Source: Kondoa subrosea (lineage: Eukaryota). From it: DNA of 64,000 nucleotides. This document shows, piece after piece, positions 63,539 to 64,000 of the stretch. The notes under the pieces were generated by a model. It ran no database searches. It worked only from the letters and a program-made list of their open reading frames with translations, and was not told the origin of the DNA. The DNA is taken from contig BCIN01000008.1 in assembly GCA_039545335.1 (NCBI GenBank), forward strand, positions 62,001 through 126,000. Direction: 5' to 3'. The translations under genes were made by a program, and so were the position numbers. Within the stretch, counting starts at the first letter, position 1, and every line of letters begins with the position of its first letter.

Positions 63539-64000
63539 ATTTTGTTCGATTGAAGCCTGAGCGACAAGCAGCAGTTGAAAACCAGGGACAAGGAAGAATC
63601 GTTCTTGCAGTTCGAGTGGCTACTTGTCTACTGTATTGCCGTTGTAAAGAGAGCTTGGACTCTTGATTGTTGTTGTTTGATTCTCTCAGTGCTCCGTCAA
63701 GGCAAAGAGACAGGAAAGGTATAAGAATGAGAGAGGATATGTGAAGCAGTCAGTTGAGTGGTATTCGCGTTCGCCTGCAAGAGTTCGCGGCAGTCTCGAG
63801 ACAAGAAGGGCAGGACGGAAAAGAATGGAACTGCTTAGTAAGCAACCACCTCATACATCGCGGTCACATCAATCTGCAACGTTCGACCACGCGTTTGGAG
63901 GCTACGCTGCAGCCTGCACCATGTGTAAGAAGACACATGCAAAGAAGCGTCTTGGTAAGTCAGCATGAGCATTTCATCTGTAGAAGCAAGCGCTTGGACG

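Noticed and set aside
1..64000. tRNA, rRNA, spliceosomal snRNA, CRISPR array or intact transposon
   Set aside because: No convincing signature was seen by eye; tRNAscan-SE, Infernal and RepeatMasker would be needed to exclude them.

Overview
This is gene-dense, intron-rich fungal nuclear DNA: short (~45-60 nt) introns, microexons and some GC-AG introns. The gene content (CAP64/CAS3-like SGNH proteins, FunK1 kinase, membrane-anchored GH5) suggests a basidiomycete, but that is an inference. About 32 protein genes can be modelled by hand. They include CSF1, a TMEM41/VTT protein, RPS20, RPL10, alternative oxidase, PNP, RRG9, SDH5, COQ7, GT8 and GT15 glycosyltransferases, two CAP64-like proteins, a GH5 glucanase and a GNAT. 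The right end looks accessory, with a disrupted F-box gene, degenerate sequence with Ns and a FunK1 kinase. Best leads: (1) a small gene whose spliced product looks like a stand-alone asparaginyl-tRNA synthetase N-terminal domain; (2) a GT8/CAP64-like/GT15 glycan-modification neighbourhood; (3) a CCG-N7-CCG AOX-induction-type motif upstream of AOX; (4) a candidate TATA-driven H/ACA-like structured RNA next to RPL10; (5) CSF1 adjacent to a TMEM41-type scramblase. All exon structures were inferred by eye and family calls are from motif recognition, not database searches. No tRNA, rRNA, CRISPR array or intact transposon was recognised.
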